The notes below the pieces were generated by a model. That model saw only the letters and a program-made list of their open reading frames with translations, searched no databases and was not told the origin of the DNA. This document shows positions 22,089-31,680 of a stretch of DNA of 64,000 nucleotides, piece by piece. The position numbers and the translations under genes were made by a program. This DNA is from an uncultured Actinomycetota bacterium. GTDB lineage: Bacteria; Actinomycetota; Actinomycetes; Mycobacteriales; Mycobacteriaceae. The stretch covers positions 58,658-122,657 of the forward strand of contig CAVRFN010000043.1 in assembly GCA_963720345.1 (NCBI GenBank). Reading direction: 5' to 3'. How positions within the stretch are numbered: the stretch's first letter is position 1; each line of letters begins with the position of its first letter.

Positions 22089-22733
22089 TTAACCCGCGTC
22101 GATGAGGGTCTGTGCGTGGTCGAGAATGCTCTCGAGGATGTAGTCGTAGTCGATATCGTCGGCAAAGCCGATGTAGCGCTTACCGTTTGAGCGCTGGGCG
22201 GGAAAGCCCTCGGTCTTGTCCTGGATGCGCTCCAGCACCGCCGACCCGCGGGTGTGCACCGAGATCGCCCCGTACACGGCGATGGCCTGGTGAGCGATCC
22301 AGGCCCGCCTCGATCAGCGCCGCGATCGGTTGTTCGATCTTCTGCAGTGCCCCGCGCACCGCGCTGCCGCCGAACTGGCTGCGAATGAGAACCAGATCGC
22401 ACAGGATCGGATTGTCACGGAAGTGCCCGCGCATCGTGCTGCGCGTGATCGCGAAGCGACTCACGCCAATTGGATGCGTCGATGGTCGGCACGGTGAACT
22501 CGAACCGTTCAAGCGCGCGATCGGTCATCGCGTCGAGCAGGTCGTCCTTGCGCCGGAAATACCAGTAGATGCTCGTGACTCCGACGTCGAGATGCTTGGC
22601 CAGCACCGGCATGCTCAGGTTGTCGATCGACACCTGCGCGGCGACGTCGAAAGCGCCGTTGAGGATTTCGTCGGCGCTGATCGAACCCCGGTCCCGTCGC
22701 TTGCGGGTGTCGGCCCTTCGCGTTGGCGCCCAC
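22089..22733 (-). CDS. TetR family transcriptional regulator (frameshifted); candidate repressor of the ACTGTAA-N3-TTACAGT regulon
   Basis: LSMPVLAKHLDVGVTSIYWYFRRKDDLL HTH; starts 3 bp after the P450 stop. Confidence 0.82.
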
Positions 22734-22736
22734 AGC

Positions 22737-23945
22737 TCAACCGGCGGCGGCGAACGTCACGGGAATGGCGGTGGGGGAGCGGAAGGGCTGCCCGTGAATG
22801 TAGGGGTTGTCGTCGGTGACGAGCTGGATGTCGGTCAGCCGATCCAGCAGGCATTCGACGGCGACGCGTGTCTCCATGCGGGCCAGATGCAGCCCCATGC
22901 AGGTATGTTCGCCTGCGGCAAAGGATATGTGCGGCACGCGTTTGCGGTGGATGTCGAATTCCTCCGAGCGTTCCCAGCGCTGCTCGTCACGGTTGGCCGA
23001 GCCGATGCACACGTCGATGACCGCGCCCTGAGGAAGGGTGACGCCCTCGAGTTCGGTGTCCTCGGTGGCGTAGCGCTGCACCGTGGTCAGCGGAGTCTCG
23101 TACCGCAGGCCCTCCTCGATCGCGGGTCCGATGAGGTCGCGGTCCGCCTGCACCGCGCGGAACTGCTCGGGATGGGTCAGCAGAAGGAACAGCAGGTTCC
23201 CCGACGACCGGTACGTGGTCTCCAGCCCGGCAGGCAGCAGCAGTCGCAGGAATGAGTAGATCGCTTCGTCGGTGAGCTTCTCGCCGTCGATCTCGGCGGT
23301 CACCAGGTCGCCGATGATGTCCTCGGTCGGCTTGCTCCTGCGCTGCTCGATCTGTTGCAGGAAATAGTCTTTCAGCTCCGCGGACGCCTCGAACGCGCGC
23401 TTCCACTTCACGGTGTAGCTGATCAGTTCCACTGCGCGCTTGCGGAACCACGGGAGGTCTTCTTCGGGAAGGCCCAACAGCTTCGAGATCACCCGGGTGG
23501 GGAACTCCAGAGTGAATTGCTTGACCAGATCGGCGTTCCCGACGTCGATGAACTCGTCGATCAGCCCGTTGACGACAGGGCGGACGATTTCGGGTTCCCA
23601 CCGTGACAGCGATCTCGTCTTGAAGGCCGCGGAGACCAGATTGCGGTGCTCCCAGTGCTTCTTGCCTTCCATCGCCAGAATCGTCGGGCCGATGAACAGG
23701 CCGATGGTGCTGTCGTAGATATGGGAGTTGAACACCTTGCTGTCGCGGAACACCCGGTTGACCGCATCGAAGGAGACTGCGGCATAGAGGTGTTCGGGGA
23801 GCATGGATTCGGGTGTCTTGGACCAGTCCATGACGCTGCCCTTGAAGACGCCGAACTCCTGCCGCCGCCGCGCGAACAGGGGATAGGGGTCGCGAACGAG
23901 GTCAGCCGCCTCCTCGACCGTGACGTTGTGCACTGAGCTCTCCAC
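22737..23945 (-). CDS. Cytochrome P450
   Basis: LLPAGLETT I-helix, EEGLR ExxR, SFAAGEHTCMG heme-Cys. Confidence 0.93.
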   Translation of the reverse strand: MESSVHNVTVEEAADLVRDPYPLFARRRQEFGVFKGSVMDWSKTPESMLPEHLYAAVSFDAVNRVFRDSKVFNSHIYDSTIGLFIGPTILAMEGKKHWEHRNLVSAAFKTRSLSRWEPEIVRPVVNGLIDEFIDVGNADLVKQFTLEFPTRVISKLLGLPEEDLPWFRKRAVELISYTVKWKRAFEASAELKDYFLQQIEQRRSKPTEDIIGDLVTAEIDGEKLTDEAIYSFLRLLLPAGLETTYRSSGNLLFLLLTHPEQFRAVQADRDLIGPAIEEGLRYETPLTTVQRYATEDTELEGVTLPQGAVIDVCIGSANRDEQRWERSEEFDIHRKRVPHISFAAGEHTCMGLHLARMETRVAVECLLDRLTDIQLVTDDNPYIHGQPFRSPTAIPVTFAAAG

Positions 23946-23989
23946 AACTGCTCCAGCATCTCCGGGTCCGGGTCGGTCCTGCGAACTGT

Positions 23990-24006
23990 ACTGTAAATGT
24001 TACAGT
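23990..24006. promoter_or_regulatory. Perfect palindromic operator ACTGTAA-ATG-TTACAGT
   Basis: 44 bp upstream of the P450-tetR unit, T/A flanks. Confidence 0.85.
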
Positions 24007-24009
24007 AGA

Positions 24010-24786
24010 CTATATCAGCTGGACAGGGGGCCCAGCGGTCATCGAGGTGACGAATCCCGCATCGACGTGAATGTCCTGGCCGGTGATCCAGCGGGCCTCA
24101 GGAGAGCCGAGGAACGCGATCACGGGGACGATGTCCTCCACGGTGGCGTGGCGGCCAACGGTGGCGCGACACATGTCGAGGACCTCCTTACCCATCGTCT
24201 GCTCGAAATCGGAGAGAATCGGTGTCTCGACGGGCCCCGGGCTCACCGTGTTCACCCGCACTCCGTACTTCGCCCACGCGGGTCCGGCCAGCCGCTTGAT
24301 GTACAGGATCGCCGCCTGCTTGGACGTGCTGTACACCGGATATCCCGGATCCTGCCGCTCCTGCCACAGCGTGACGGCGTCGCCGTCGGTGAGTTCGAGG
24401 AGCTCGGAAAGGATTTCGGTTCGCTGATCCCAGCCAAGCGCGGCTGTCGATGCCACGGTGACGACCGATCCGCCCTCGTTCAGCAATGGCAGCATGCCCT
24501 CGGCCATCAATCGCATGCCGAGGTAGTTGACGTTCAACACATCGGCGGCAGGTGCGGTACCCGGGATCCCCGCTACGTGGGCGAGCATGTCCCAGCCGGC
24601 GCCGATGTCGGCGAGTAGCGCGCCGATCCGTTCGGCGTCGCGAAGGTCGCAGTGCCGGAACTCGGAGACCGGCGTCTGCGGCTCCCGGATGTCGACCGCG
24701 AGCACGTGGTCGCCACGGTCGTAGAAGTGTTTCGCAACGGCGGCACCGATACCCGATCCCGCGCCGACGACCACGATTCTGCTCAT
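24010..24786 (-). CDS. SDR, coniferyl-alcohol dehydrogenase / 3alpha-HSD-like
   Basis: VVGAGSGIG, YSTSK catalytic YxxxK, VNTVSPGPVETPIL, WITGQDIHVDAG. Confidence 0.85.
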   Translation of the reverse strand: MSRIVVVGAGSGIGAAVAKHFYDRGDHVLAVDIREPQTPVSEFRHCDLRDAERIGALLADIGAGWDMLAHVAGIPGTAPAADVLNVNYLGMRLMAEGMLPLLNEGGSVVTVASTAALGWDQRTEILSELLELTDGDAVTLWQERQDPGYPVYSTSKQAAILYIKRLAGPAWAKYGVRVNTVSPGPVETPILSDFEQTMGKEVLDMCRATVGRHATVEDIVPVIAFLGSPEARWITGQDIHVDAGFVTSMTAGPPVQLI

Positions 24787-24840
24787 CTGCACCCAATCCT
24801 TTCCGACCCAACGCGCTGCCGTCGTACCATCGAATGGCCG

Positions 24841-24857
24841 ACAGTAAGCTCGACAGT
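24841..24857. promoter_or_regulatory. Degenerate operator ACAGTAA-GCT-CGACAGT
   Basis: 11/14 match, between the divergent SDR and aldehyde dehydrogenase genes. Confidence 0.6.
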
Positions 24858-24902
24858 AAACAATTCTGGTGGCCCAGACAATCACTTGGAAACGGCGGTG
24901 CG

Positions 24903-26348
24903 ATGGACACGGGCGCAGTTCTGCAGCGTCAACGACAGGCGTTCATCGCTGACGGGCCACCGGGCGCGCCCGTACGGCGCAACCGCATCGACCGACTGCT
25001 GGCTCTGGTGCTGGACAACTCCGATGCCTTCGTCGACGCCATGGCGGCCGACTTCGGCACCCGGCCAAGGGCGGGGACGCTGTTCACCGAGGTGCTCGGC
25101 ATGATCTCAGTGATCGAGCACACCAGAGCGCATGTCCCGCAATGGATGCGGACAACACGACTCATGCGCGCCGCACGCCTTTTCGGACTGCGGGCCGAAG
25201 TCCAGCCGTCTCCCTTGGGTGTCGTCGGAATCATCGGGCCGTGGAACTTCCCGCTCAACCTGGTGGTGCTGCCCGCAACGGCGGCGTTCGCCGCCGGCAA
25301 CCGCGTCATGATCAAGATGTCGGAAGTAACGCCACAGACCGCCGACCTGATGGCCGCGACCGTCCCGAACTACTTCGACCCGACCGAACTGGCCGTCGTC
25401 ACCGGCGGTGCCGACGTCGCCGCAGACTTTTCGGCGCTGCCCTTCGATCACCTGTTCTTCACGGGTTCGCCGTCCATCGGTGCACTCGTGCAGCGCGCCG
25501 CCGCCGAGAATCTCGTCCCGGTGACGCTGGAGTTGGGCGGCAAGAACCCGGTCGTGGTGTCCCGCGATGCGGATCTCACCCGTGCGGCGACGCGAATTGC
25601 CCAGGGGCGCATGATCAACGGCGGACAGGTCTGTGTATGCCCGGATTACGTCTTCGTGCCGGATGACAGGGTGGACGCGTTCGTCAACGTCGCACAGGCC
25701 ACGTTGCGCGGGATGTTTCCGTCGATCGTGGACAACGACGATTACTGCTCCTCGGTGAACGAAGCCAACTTCGACAGGGTGGTCGGGCTCATCGACGATG
25801 CGCGCGTCAACGGCGCCACTGTCGAGAGCGTCGCCCCGCAAGGTGAATGCCTGCCGCATCGCGGATCCCGCAAGATCGCGCCCACCATCGTGCGTGATGT
25901 CGACAAGCGGATGCGCATCGCCAACGAGGAGGTCTTCGGTCCGGTGCTGGTTGTGCGGCCGTATTCGGAAGTCGCCGACGCCATCGACTACATCAACCAG
26001 CAGCCCGCACCACTCGTCGCATACTGGTATGGGCCCGATAACGACGACTTCCGTCACTTCGTCCGCAACACCCGCAGCGGTGGTGTTGCCCGCAATGACT
26101 TTGCCGCGCAGATGATTCCGTCCGCCGCGCCGTTCGGTGGCGTCGGTCGCAGCGGAACGGGCGCCTACCATGGCAAGGCCGGGTTCGATGCGTTCAGCCA
26201 CTACCGCACCGTGGTGGGCACCGATCTGCCGTTCACCATCACCGGGCGCGCGGCTCCGCCGTTCAGCGGGTTGATGCAAGCAGGTTCGCGTGTCGCCTTG
26301 CGGATGGCGCGCAACCGCACCCGCCGTCGGCTCAAGCGCTCCCGCTGA
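24903..26348 (+). CDS. Coniferyl-aldehyde dehydrogenase-like ALDH (CalB family)
   Basis: PLGVVGIIGPWNFP, FDHLFFTGS, TLELGGKNP, NGGQVCVCPDY, PFGGVGRSGTGAYHG. Confidence 0.88.
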   Translation: MDTGAVLQRQRQAFIADGPPGAPVRRNRIDRLLALVLDNSDAFVDAMAADFGTRPRAGTLFTEVLGMISVIEHTRAHVPQWMRTTRLMRAARLFGLRAEVQPSPLGVVGIIGPWNFPLNLVVLPATAAFAAGNRVMIKMSEVTPQTADLMAATVPNYFDPTELAVVTGGADVAADFSALPFDHLFFTGSPSIGALVQRAAAENLVPVTLELGGKNPVVVSRDADLTRAATRIAQGRMINGGQVCVCPDYVFVPDDRVDAFVNVAQATLRGMFPSIVDNDDYCSSVNEANFDRVVGLIDDARVNGATVESVAPQGECLPHRGSRKIAPTIVRDVDKRMRIANEEVFGPVLVVRPYSEVADAIDYINQQPAPLVAYWYGPDNDDFRHFVRNTRSGGVARNDFAAQMIPSAAPFGGVGRSGTGAYHGKAGFDAFSHYRTVVGTDLPFTITGRAAPPFSGLMQAGSRVALRMARNRTRRRLKRSR

Positions 26349-26479
26349 TCGGCGAGATCAGATTTATGACACGCTTTCCTGGCTGTTGTGTACCGGAACC
26401 TGATTTCGCGGCATCGCGTGTCGCCTTGCGGATGGCGCGCAACCGCACCCGCCGTCGGCTCAAGCGCTCCCGCTGATCG
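26286..26479. repeat. Exact 66-bp direct repeat (26286-26351 and 26414-26479) around a 62-bp insert with inverted ends
   Basis: TCGCGTGTCGCCTTGCGG...CTCCCGCTGATCG occurs twice; insert ends GCGAGATCAG / CTGATTTCGC. Confidence 0.9.
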
Positions 26480-28120
26480 CCTGCTCACGCGCCCAGCGGT
26501 AGTCTGCCTTGCCTGCCGGGCTCCGCTCGATGACGGGCCGGAACACGATCGCCTTGGGCAGCTTGTACCGCGCGATGGAATCTGACGCGTGGTCGATCAG
26601 TTCCTGTGCGTCGGCGCTGGCGCCGTCCAGGAGGGCCACGATCGCGACGACTTCCTGTCCCCACCGCTCGCTCGGGCGTCCGGAGACCACGACGTCGGCC
26701 ACCGCCGGGTGCGACAACAGCGCGGTCTCGACCTCCTCGACGAAGATCTTTTCTCCGCCGGAGTTGATGGTCTGAGACTCGCGGCCGAGCAGTTCGATTC
26801 CACCGTCGGCCAGATGGCGTGCGCGGTCGCCCGGTATCGAGAACCGCACGCCGTCGATCACCGGAAATGTCTTGGCCGTCTTGGCTTCATCACCCTTGTA
26901 GCCCAGTGGCACAAAGCCGCGCTGCGCCAGCCAGCCGATGCCGTCATGGCCCGGCTCCAGTATCGAGTCGAGTTCCTCGGCCGCGACGAACGTGTCCGGT
27001 CCCGCGTTGAACTTGCCGGTCGACACCGCGCCGGGGGCCGACATGTGACTCATCTGGATCCCCGTCTCCGAGGACCCGACGCCATCCATGACGATCAGAC
27101 CGGGTTTGACGTCGATCAGCCGCTGTTTGGCGGTGGGGGTCAGCAGCGCGCCGCCGTTGGCCACCACGGCCATCGACGACAGATCTCCCGACGAGCGTTC
27201 GAGTGCGTCGGCAAGCGGGCGCGCCATCGCGTCGCCGACAACCTGCACCGCCAGCACCTTCTCCCGCTCGACTGTCGCCACGACCTCGTCGGCGTCGAAT
27301 CGACTCGGTGTCTCGGAGAACACGACCGTCTGTCCGGTGGTGAGGGCGGTCATGACGCTCCACTGTGCGGCACCGTGCATCAGCGGTGGGAGCGTGAAGA
27401 TCTTGGTGCCCGGATTCTCTTGAACGCGCTTGGCGATCTCGTCGTAGGACTGGGTGAGCTCACCGGTGGCCATGTTGCGACCGCCGAACGACGTCATGAA
27501 GATGTCGTGCTGGCGCCACAGCACGCCCTTGGGCATACCGGTCGTGCCGCCGGTGTAGAGGACGTAGAGATCGTCGGGGGATGGTTCGACCGGCGGCGGC
27601 TCGGACGAGCCCGATCTCGACGATCGAGTCGTAATCGACCGCGCCGTGCACGAGGTCGTTGCCCGAGTCGTCGGCGATTTGGATGAGGACGCGCAGGCGC
27701 GGAAGCGCTCGCTTGACGTCGGCGACGCGTGGCGCGAACGTCGCGTGGTAGACCAGTGCGGTCGCACCGGAATCGTCGAGCAGGTACTGAAGCTCGTTCT
27801 TCACGTAGCGGTAGTTGACGTTGAACGGCGCGACCCTGGCTCGCCATGAACCGAGCATGGACTCGACGTACTCGGGGCCGTTGTACGCGTAGATGCCCAG
27901 CAGGTCCTGGCCCACCTCATGACCGGCAAGCTCTGAACGTTCGGTCTTAGCGCCCAATCCGCGCGAGTGCAGGTACGGACGCCAGCCGGTTGGACCGCTC
28001 CAAGATCTGGGCGTAGGTGTAGCGGCGGTTGCCCTGGACGACGAGCTCACGGTCACCGATGACGGCGGCGACGGCGTCGGCGGCGCCCGGAACGGTGAAC
28101 TGTGGTGCGGTGTCGGACAT
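26460..28120 (-). CDS. Acyl-CoA synthetase (FadD19-like), frameshifts near 27980 and 27610
   Basis: YTGGTTGMPKG, DGVGSSETG, INSGGEKIF, SPAGKADYRWA. Confidence 0.88.
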
Positions 28121-28128
28121 CGTGCCTC

Positions 28129-28744
28129 TCATGGCTGGTGGGGGAGCAGGCGGATCATCAGGCCGTTGGCTTCGCTGAGGACGTTGCCGTCAGAGTCTGT
28201 CATCGTCGCAGTGACGAACGCCTTGCGCCCATCGATCGAATCTATCCGACCGTGAGACACAAGTGGTTGGTCTATCGGCGTGATCTTGCGGTAGTCGACG
28301 TGCAGGTAGGCGGTGCGGCTGTTCGCGCGCCCCGCGGCCGAGACGATCATCCCGAAGTGCCAGTCGAAGAACAGCGGTATGACGCCGCCGTGGACGGCGT
28401 TGTTACCGCCGACGTGGAATCGGCTGAAGTGGCCCTTCATGACCACGCCGTCGGGCCCGAAGTCCGTCATCGTCCACGGCGGCATCAGGGGATGGCCGAG
28501 TCCCGGCAGGTGGGGCCCGCGACCGGCGGGAGCAACACCCTGCGGAGCGCGGTGGGCTTCGAGGCGCGCGCACAGTTCTTCGATCTGATCGGCGCCGTCG
28601 GCCCACAGCGCGTCGGCCGGGTTGGTCGACACGACGATGTCCTGCAGTCGCCGCATGGCGGTCATGAACCGGCCCAGCTCGGGTCCGGCGGCGACGGGTT
28701 TGATCTCGGGAAAGGCCGTGCTCTCGTAATTCGGTTTCGGTCAC
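28129..28744 (-). CDS. PaaI/hotdog-fold thioesterase, 5' frameshift
   Basis: HVGGNNAVHGG, TAYLHVDYRKITP, DGRKAFV; GTG overlaps the upstream stop. Confidence 0.8.
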
Positions 28745-29369
28745 GGCTTGTTCCACACCTCGATTAGGTCGCCGGTGGTTGTGATGGTCGCGAGCAGCGA
28801 AAGCATGTTGTCGATGATCGTGTTCGAGTAGTCGGTGGGGATACCGGCGACGGCGTCGCGTGGCAGCACGACGCGGTAGCCCTTGTTCACGGCGTCCATG
28901 CAGAGGTTGGTGATGGCCAGGTTCACCGAGACACCGACAGCAACGATCGTCGTCACACCTAGGTTGCGCAGGACGGCGTCGAGGTCGGTGCCACCCATCG
29001 GGCCGATGCCGTGCCAGCGGCGCAGCACGAGATCGGTTGGTGCCGGGCCGAGTTCAGGCAGCAGCTCCGCACCAGGTGTGCCCGGCGTGATGGCGATCTC
29101 GCCGCCCGAGCCGTCGCCTATCGCGAAGATCTTCGCGTTGTGGTTGCCGCCGAGCCCGTCGGGCCGGCGTTGGACGAGGCAGTGCACGACCTTGACGCCG
29201 GCACCCCTCGCGGCCGGTAGCAGTCGTGCGATGTTCGGAAGCGCCTCCCGCCGCGCTTCGTGTGCGAGTACGGCAAGCCCGGCGTTCGGGCCGACGACTG
29301 CGCCCTGGCACTCCTGGGTGACGATCGCGGTGTGCGAGGGCGCGGCGAGTTCAGCGAGGTCGATTTCAT
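28741..29369 (-). CDS. Isochorismatase/cysteine hydrolase family protein (in frame with the upstream Rieske ORF in this sequence)
   Basis: IVTQECQ, GTDLDAVLRNLGVTTIVAVGVSVN, DAVNKGYRVVLPRDAVAG. Confidence 0.8.
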
Positions 29370-30405
29370 ACGATGCGGGCACCCGGACGCGGCGGTGGGA
29401 GGGACGCCGGGCGGGGTCGGGGATTTCATAAAACTGCTGCGCCCACTTCCTCAGCGCCATATAGGGTTTCGCATCGATCTTGGCCAGCGGCGGATTCTCG
29501 ATGTACTCCTGATAGCGCCAGATGTCCAGGTCCTCCCAGACCGTGCGCAGGAACTGCTTCTCGACTCGCTCGCGCACCTTGTCGGGTGGCACGTCGGACG
29601 TCTCGCCGTCCAGTTTGGGCCACCAGATCGAGTAGAACATCGTCGAGAGTCCGTCCTCCACAGGAGTGACGGCGAAGATCAGCCGGTGATTCGACGACCC
29701 CTCGAACACGCTGATCGCGCCGCCGAGGCCGAACATGTGGCTGTGGATGTGCAGCGCCATCTTGTTCGGATCGTCGCTGCGCGCGTCCGGCCAGCCGGTG
29801 AGGAACTGCCACTGCTCGTCGACGATCTTCCAGTCCAGGTTCACCGGAGTCACCGTTGCGCCGTGCACGTAGTGGAAGTGCGAGCTGTCCGGGCCGTTCT
29901 CGGCCACGATCTGCGGGTGTACCGGCTCGTTCTCGGTCCGCCGTGAAAACTCCGGGTACGGGCGGTAATACGCCGACGGGTCGGTCTCGAATTGCGGGAA
30001 CGATGTGAAGATGTCGGGCATCTCCCACTGCGGCTCTTTGCCTTGGGGTTGGTGCCAGACGAACACGCAGCCGTGCTGCTCGTTGACCGGGTACACCCGA
30101 AGCTTGAGCGCGCGGTTGGGCCGGTCCGGCTGATACGGGATGTAGCGGTTGGTGCCGTCGGGGCCCCATCGCCAGCCGTGGAACGGGCACTCGACACAGT
30201 CGCCGACGACCTTGCCGCCGTGTCCGATGTGCGCGCCGAGATGCCTGCAGTGCGCCTGCAGCACATGGAGTTCACCGGAGTCGTCGCGATAGGCGACGAG
30301 GTCGTCGCCGAAGTACCGGAGCGGACGGACCTCGCCCTGCGGAAACTCGGCCGACCAACCCACCATGAACCAGCCGGTGACCTTCCAGGTGAACGGGACT
30401 TTCAC
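29370..30405 (-). CDS. Rieske non-heme iron oxygenase, KshA-like
   Basis: CRHLGAH...CPFHGW Rieske site; ENGPDSSHFHYVH mononuclear Fe site; EDLDIW; GGAGG RBS before GTG 30405. Confidence 0.88.
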
Positions 30406-30434
30406 GTCGCCTCCCATGCCGCCAGGCGTAGTCA

Positions 30435-30451
30435 ACGGAAGATATTACAGT
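30435..30451. promoter_or_regulatory. Degenerate operator ACGGAAG-ATA-TTACAGT
   Basis: One perfect half-site, about 30 bp upstream of the Rieske gene. Confidence 0.5.
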
Positions 30452-30589
30452 AGAGGTTTCGACAGCTGTGGGCGAGACGAAGTCGACGTCGGCGGGGATT
30501 CGCGCTGGCAGCGGCCGCGAAACAGGCTGTCTGTCAGGCGAATCGAACTCGAGGGTCGTCGCCATGCCCTAGGCTTGATTTTCCGGTCG

Positions 30590-30609
30590 AACCTACGGTA
30601 GCGTAGGTT
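30590..30609. promoter_or_regulatory. Palindromic operator AACCTACG-GTAG-CGTAGGTT upstream of the desaturase
   Basis: Perfect 8-4-8 inverted repeat overlapping a TTGATT-N18-TAGCGT promoter-like sequence. Confidence 0.7.
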
Positions 30610-30643
30610 ACGCAGCCGTAGAGTCCGATAGCGGAGAGTCTCG

Positions 30644-31576
30644 ATGACGACAACCCAAAGTGCATTACTCACCGAGCTGGAACCGGTGGTGGAGGCCAAT
30701 CTCAACCGCCACCTCGGATCGGCGAAGCCCTGGAATCCGCACGACTACGTTCCGTGGAGCCGTGGGCGTGACTTCGCATTCCTCGGCGGCGAGGACTGGG
30801 TCCCGGAGGATTCGCCCCTCGACGACGTCGCCAGGGCGGCCATGCTCGTCAACCTCCTGACCGAGGACAACCTGCCGTCCTACCACCGCGAGATCGCCGT
30901 GCGTTTCGGGCCCGACGGCGCGTGGGGGCAATGGGTCGGTCAGTGGACTGCCGAAGAGGCGCGCCACAGCATTGCGATCCGCGACTACCTCATCGTCACG
31001 CGCGGCATCGATCCCGTGGAGCTCGAGCGTGGCCGGATGGTGCACATGGTCGCCGGCTACGACTCGGGTGACAAGTCGATGCTCGAGGCGCTGGCCTACG
31101 TGTCGTTTCAGGAACTGGCGACCCGGATCAGCCACCGCAACACCGGCAAGGCGTCGGGCTGCCCGCTCGCCGAACAACTCCTCACCCGAGTGGCCACCGA
31201 CGAGAACCTGCACATGGTCTTCTACCGGAACCTGGTCGATGCGGCGTTCGAGATCGCTCCGAACGCGACCATGACCGCGATCGCCCACGAGGTCATCAAC
31301 TTCCAGATGCCGGGAAGCACCATGCCCGGCTTCGCCGAGAACGCCCTGAAGATCGCCAAGGCGGGCATCTACGACCTCCGTTCACATCTGGACGACGTCG
31401 TGCGGCCCGTCCTGCGGTTCTGGCGAGTGTTCGAACGCGATGACCTCGACGGCGACGGAGCGCGTGCGCGAGATGAACTGGCGGCCTTCCTCGATCTCGT
31501 GGAGGACAAGGCCGCGCACTACGACCGACGTCGCGAGGAACGACTGGCGGGAGCGGGTGCGTCCGCGGGACGCTGA
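30644..31576 (+). CDS. Acyl-ACP desaturase (DesA1-like)
   Basis: NLLTEDNLPSYHREI, WTAEEARH, YVSFQELATRISHRNTG, DENLH diiron motifs. Confidence 0.92.
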   Translation: MTTTQSALLTELEPVVEANLNRHLGSAKPWNPHDYVPWSRGRDFAFLGGEDWVPEDSPLDDVARAAMLVNLLTEDNLPSYHREIAVRFGPDGAWGQWVGQWTAEEARHSIAIRDYLIVTRGIDPVELERGRMVHMVAGYDSGDKSMLEALAYVSFQELATRISHRNTGKASGCPLAEQLLTRVATDENLHMVFYRNLVDAAFEIAPNATMTAIAHEVINFQMPGSTMPGFAENALKIAKAGIYDLRSHLDDVVRPVLRFWRVFERDDLDGDGARARDELAAFLDLVEDKAAHYDRRREERLAGAGASAGR

Positions 31577-31626
31577 CCGCGCTCGTGTCGGCATCTGATT
31601 GCATCATCGGCGCACGCCCGACGCCT

Positions 31627-31649
31627 GATACTGTAATCGTTACAGTATC
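31627..31649. promoter_or_regulatory. Extended perfect operator GATACTGTAA-TCG-TTACAGTATC
   Basis: 10-3-10 palindrome 31 bp upstream of the BVMO GTG. Confidence 0.88.
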
Positions 31650-31680
31650 TCCCGTCGGAGCGAACACGAGGTGCCGACAC

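Noticed and set aside
19535-22402. 955-aa minus-strand ORF
   Set aside because: Antisense shadow of the aldehyde dehydrogenase running into the real CoA-transferase frame; common in high-GC DNA
26286-26479. Direct repeat as a CRISPR array or an IS element
   Set aside because: Only two 66-bp copies made of coding sequence; no cas or transposase genes
29370-30405. Calling the Rieske gene kshA and the island the cholesterol cluster
   Set aside because: Family motifs only; kstD, hsa genes and mce4 are absent and no KstR-type box was recognised, so no gene symbol was assigned
30272-30565. 97-aa minus-strand ORF upstream of the Rieske gene
   Set aside because: Runs across the promoter and operator and overlaps the Rieske gene out of frame; no recognisable motif
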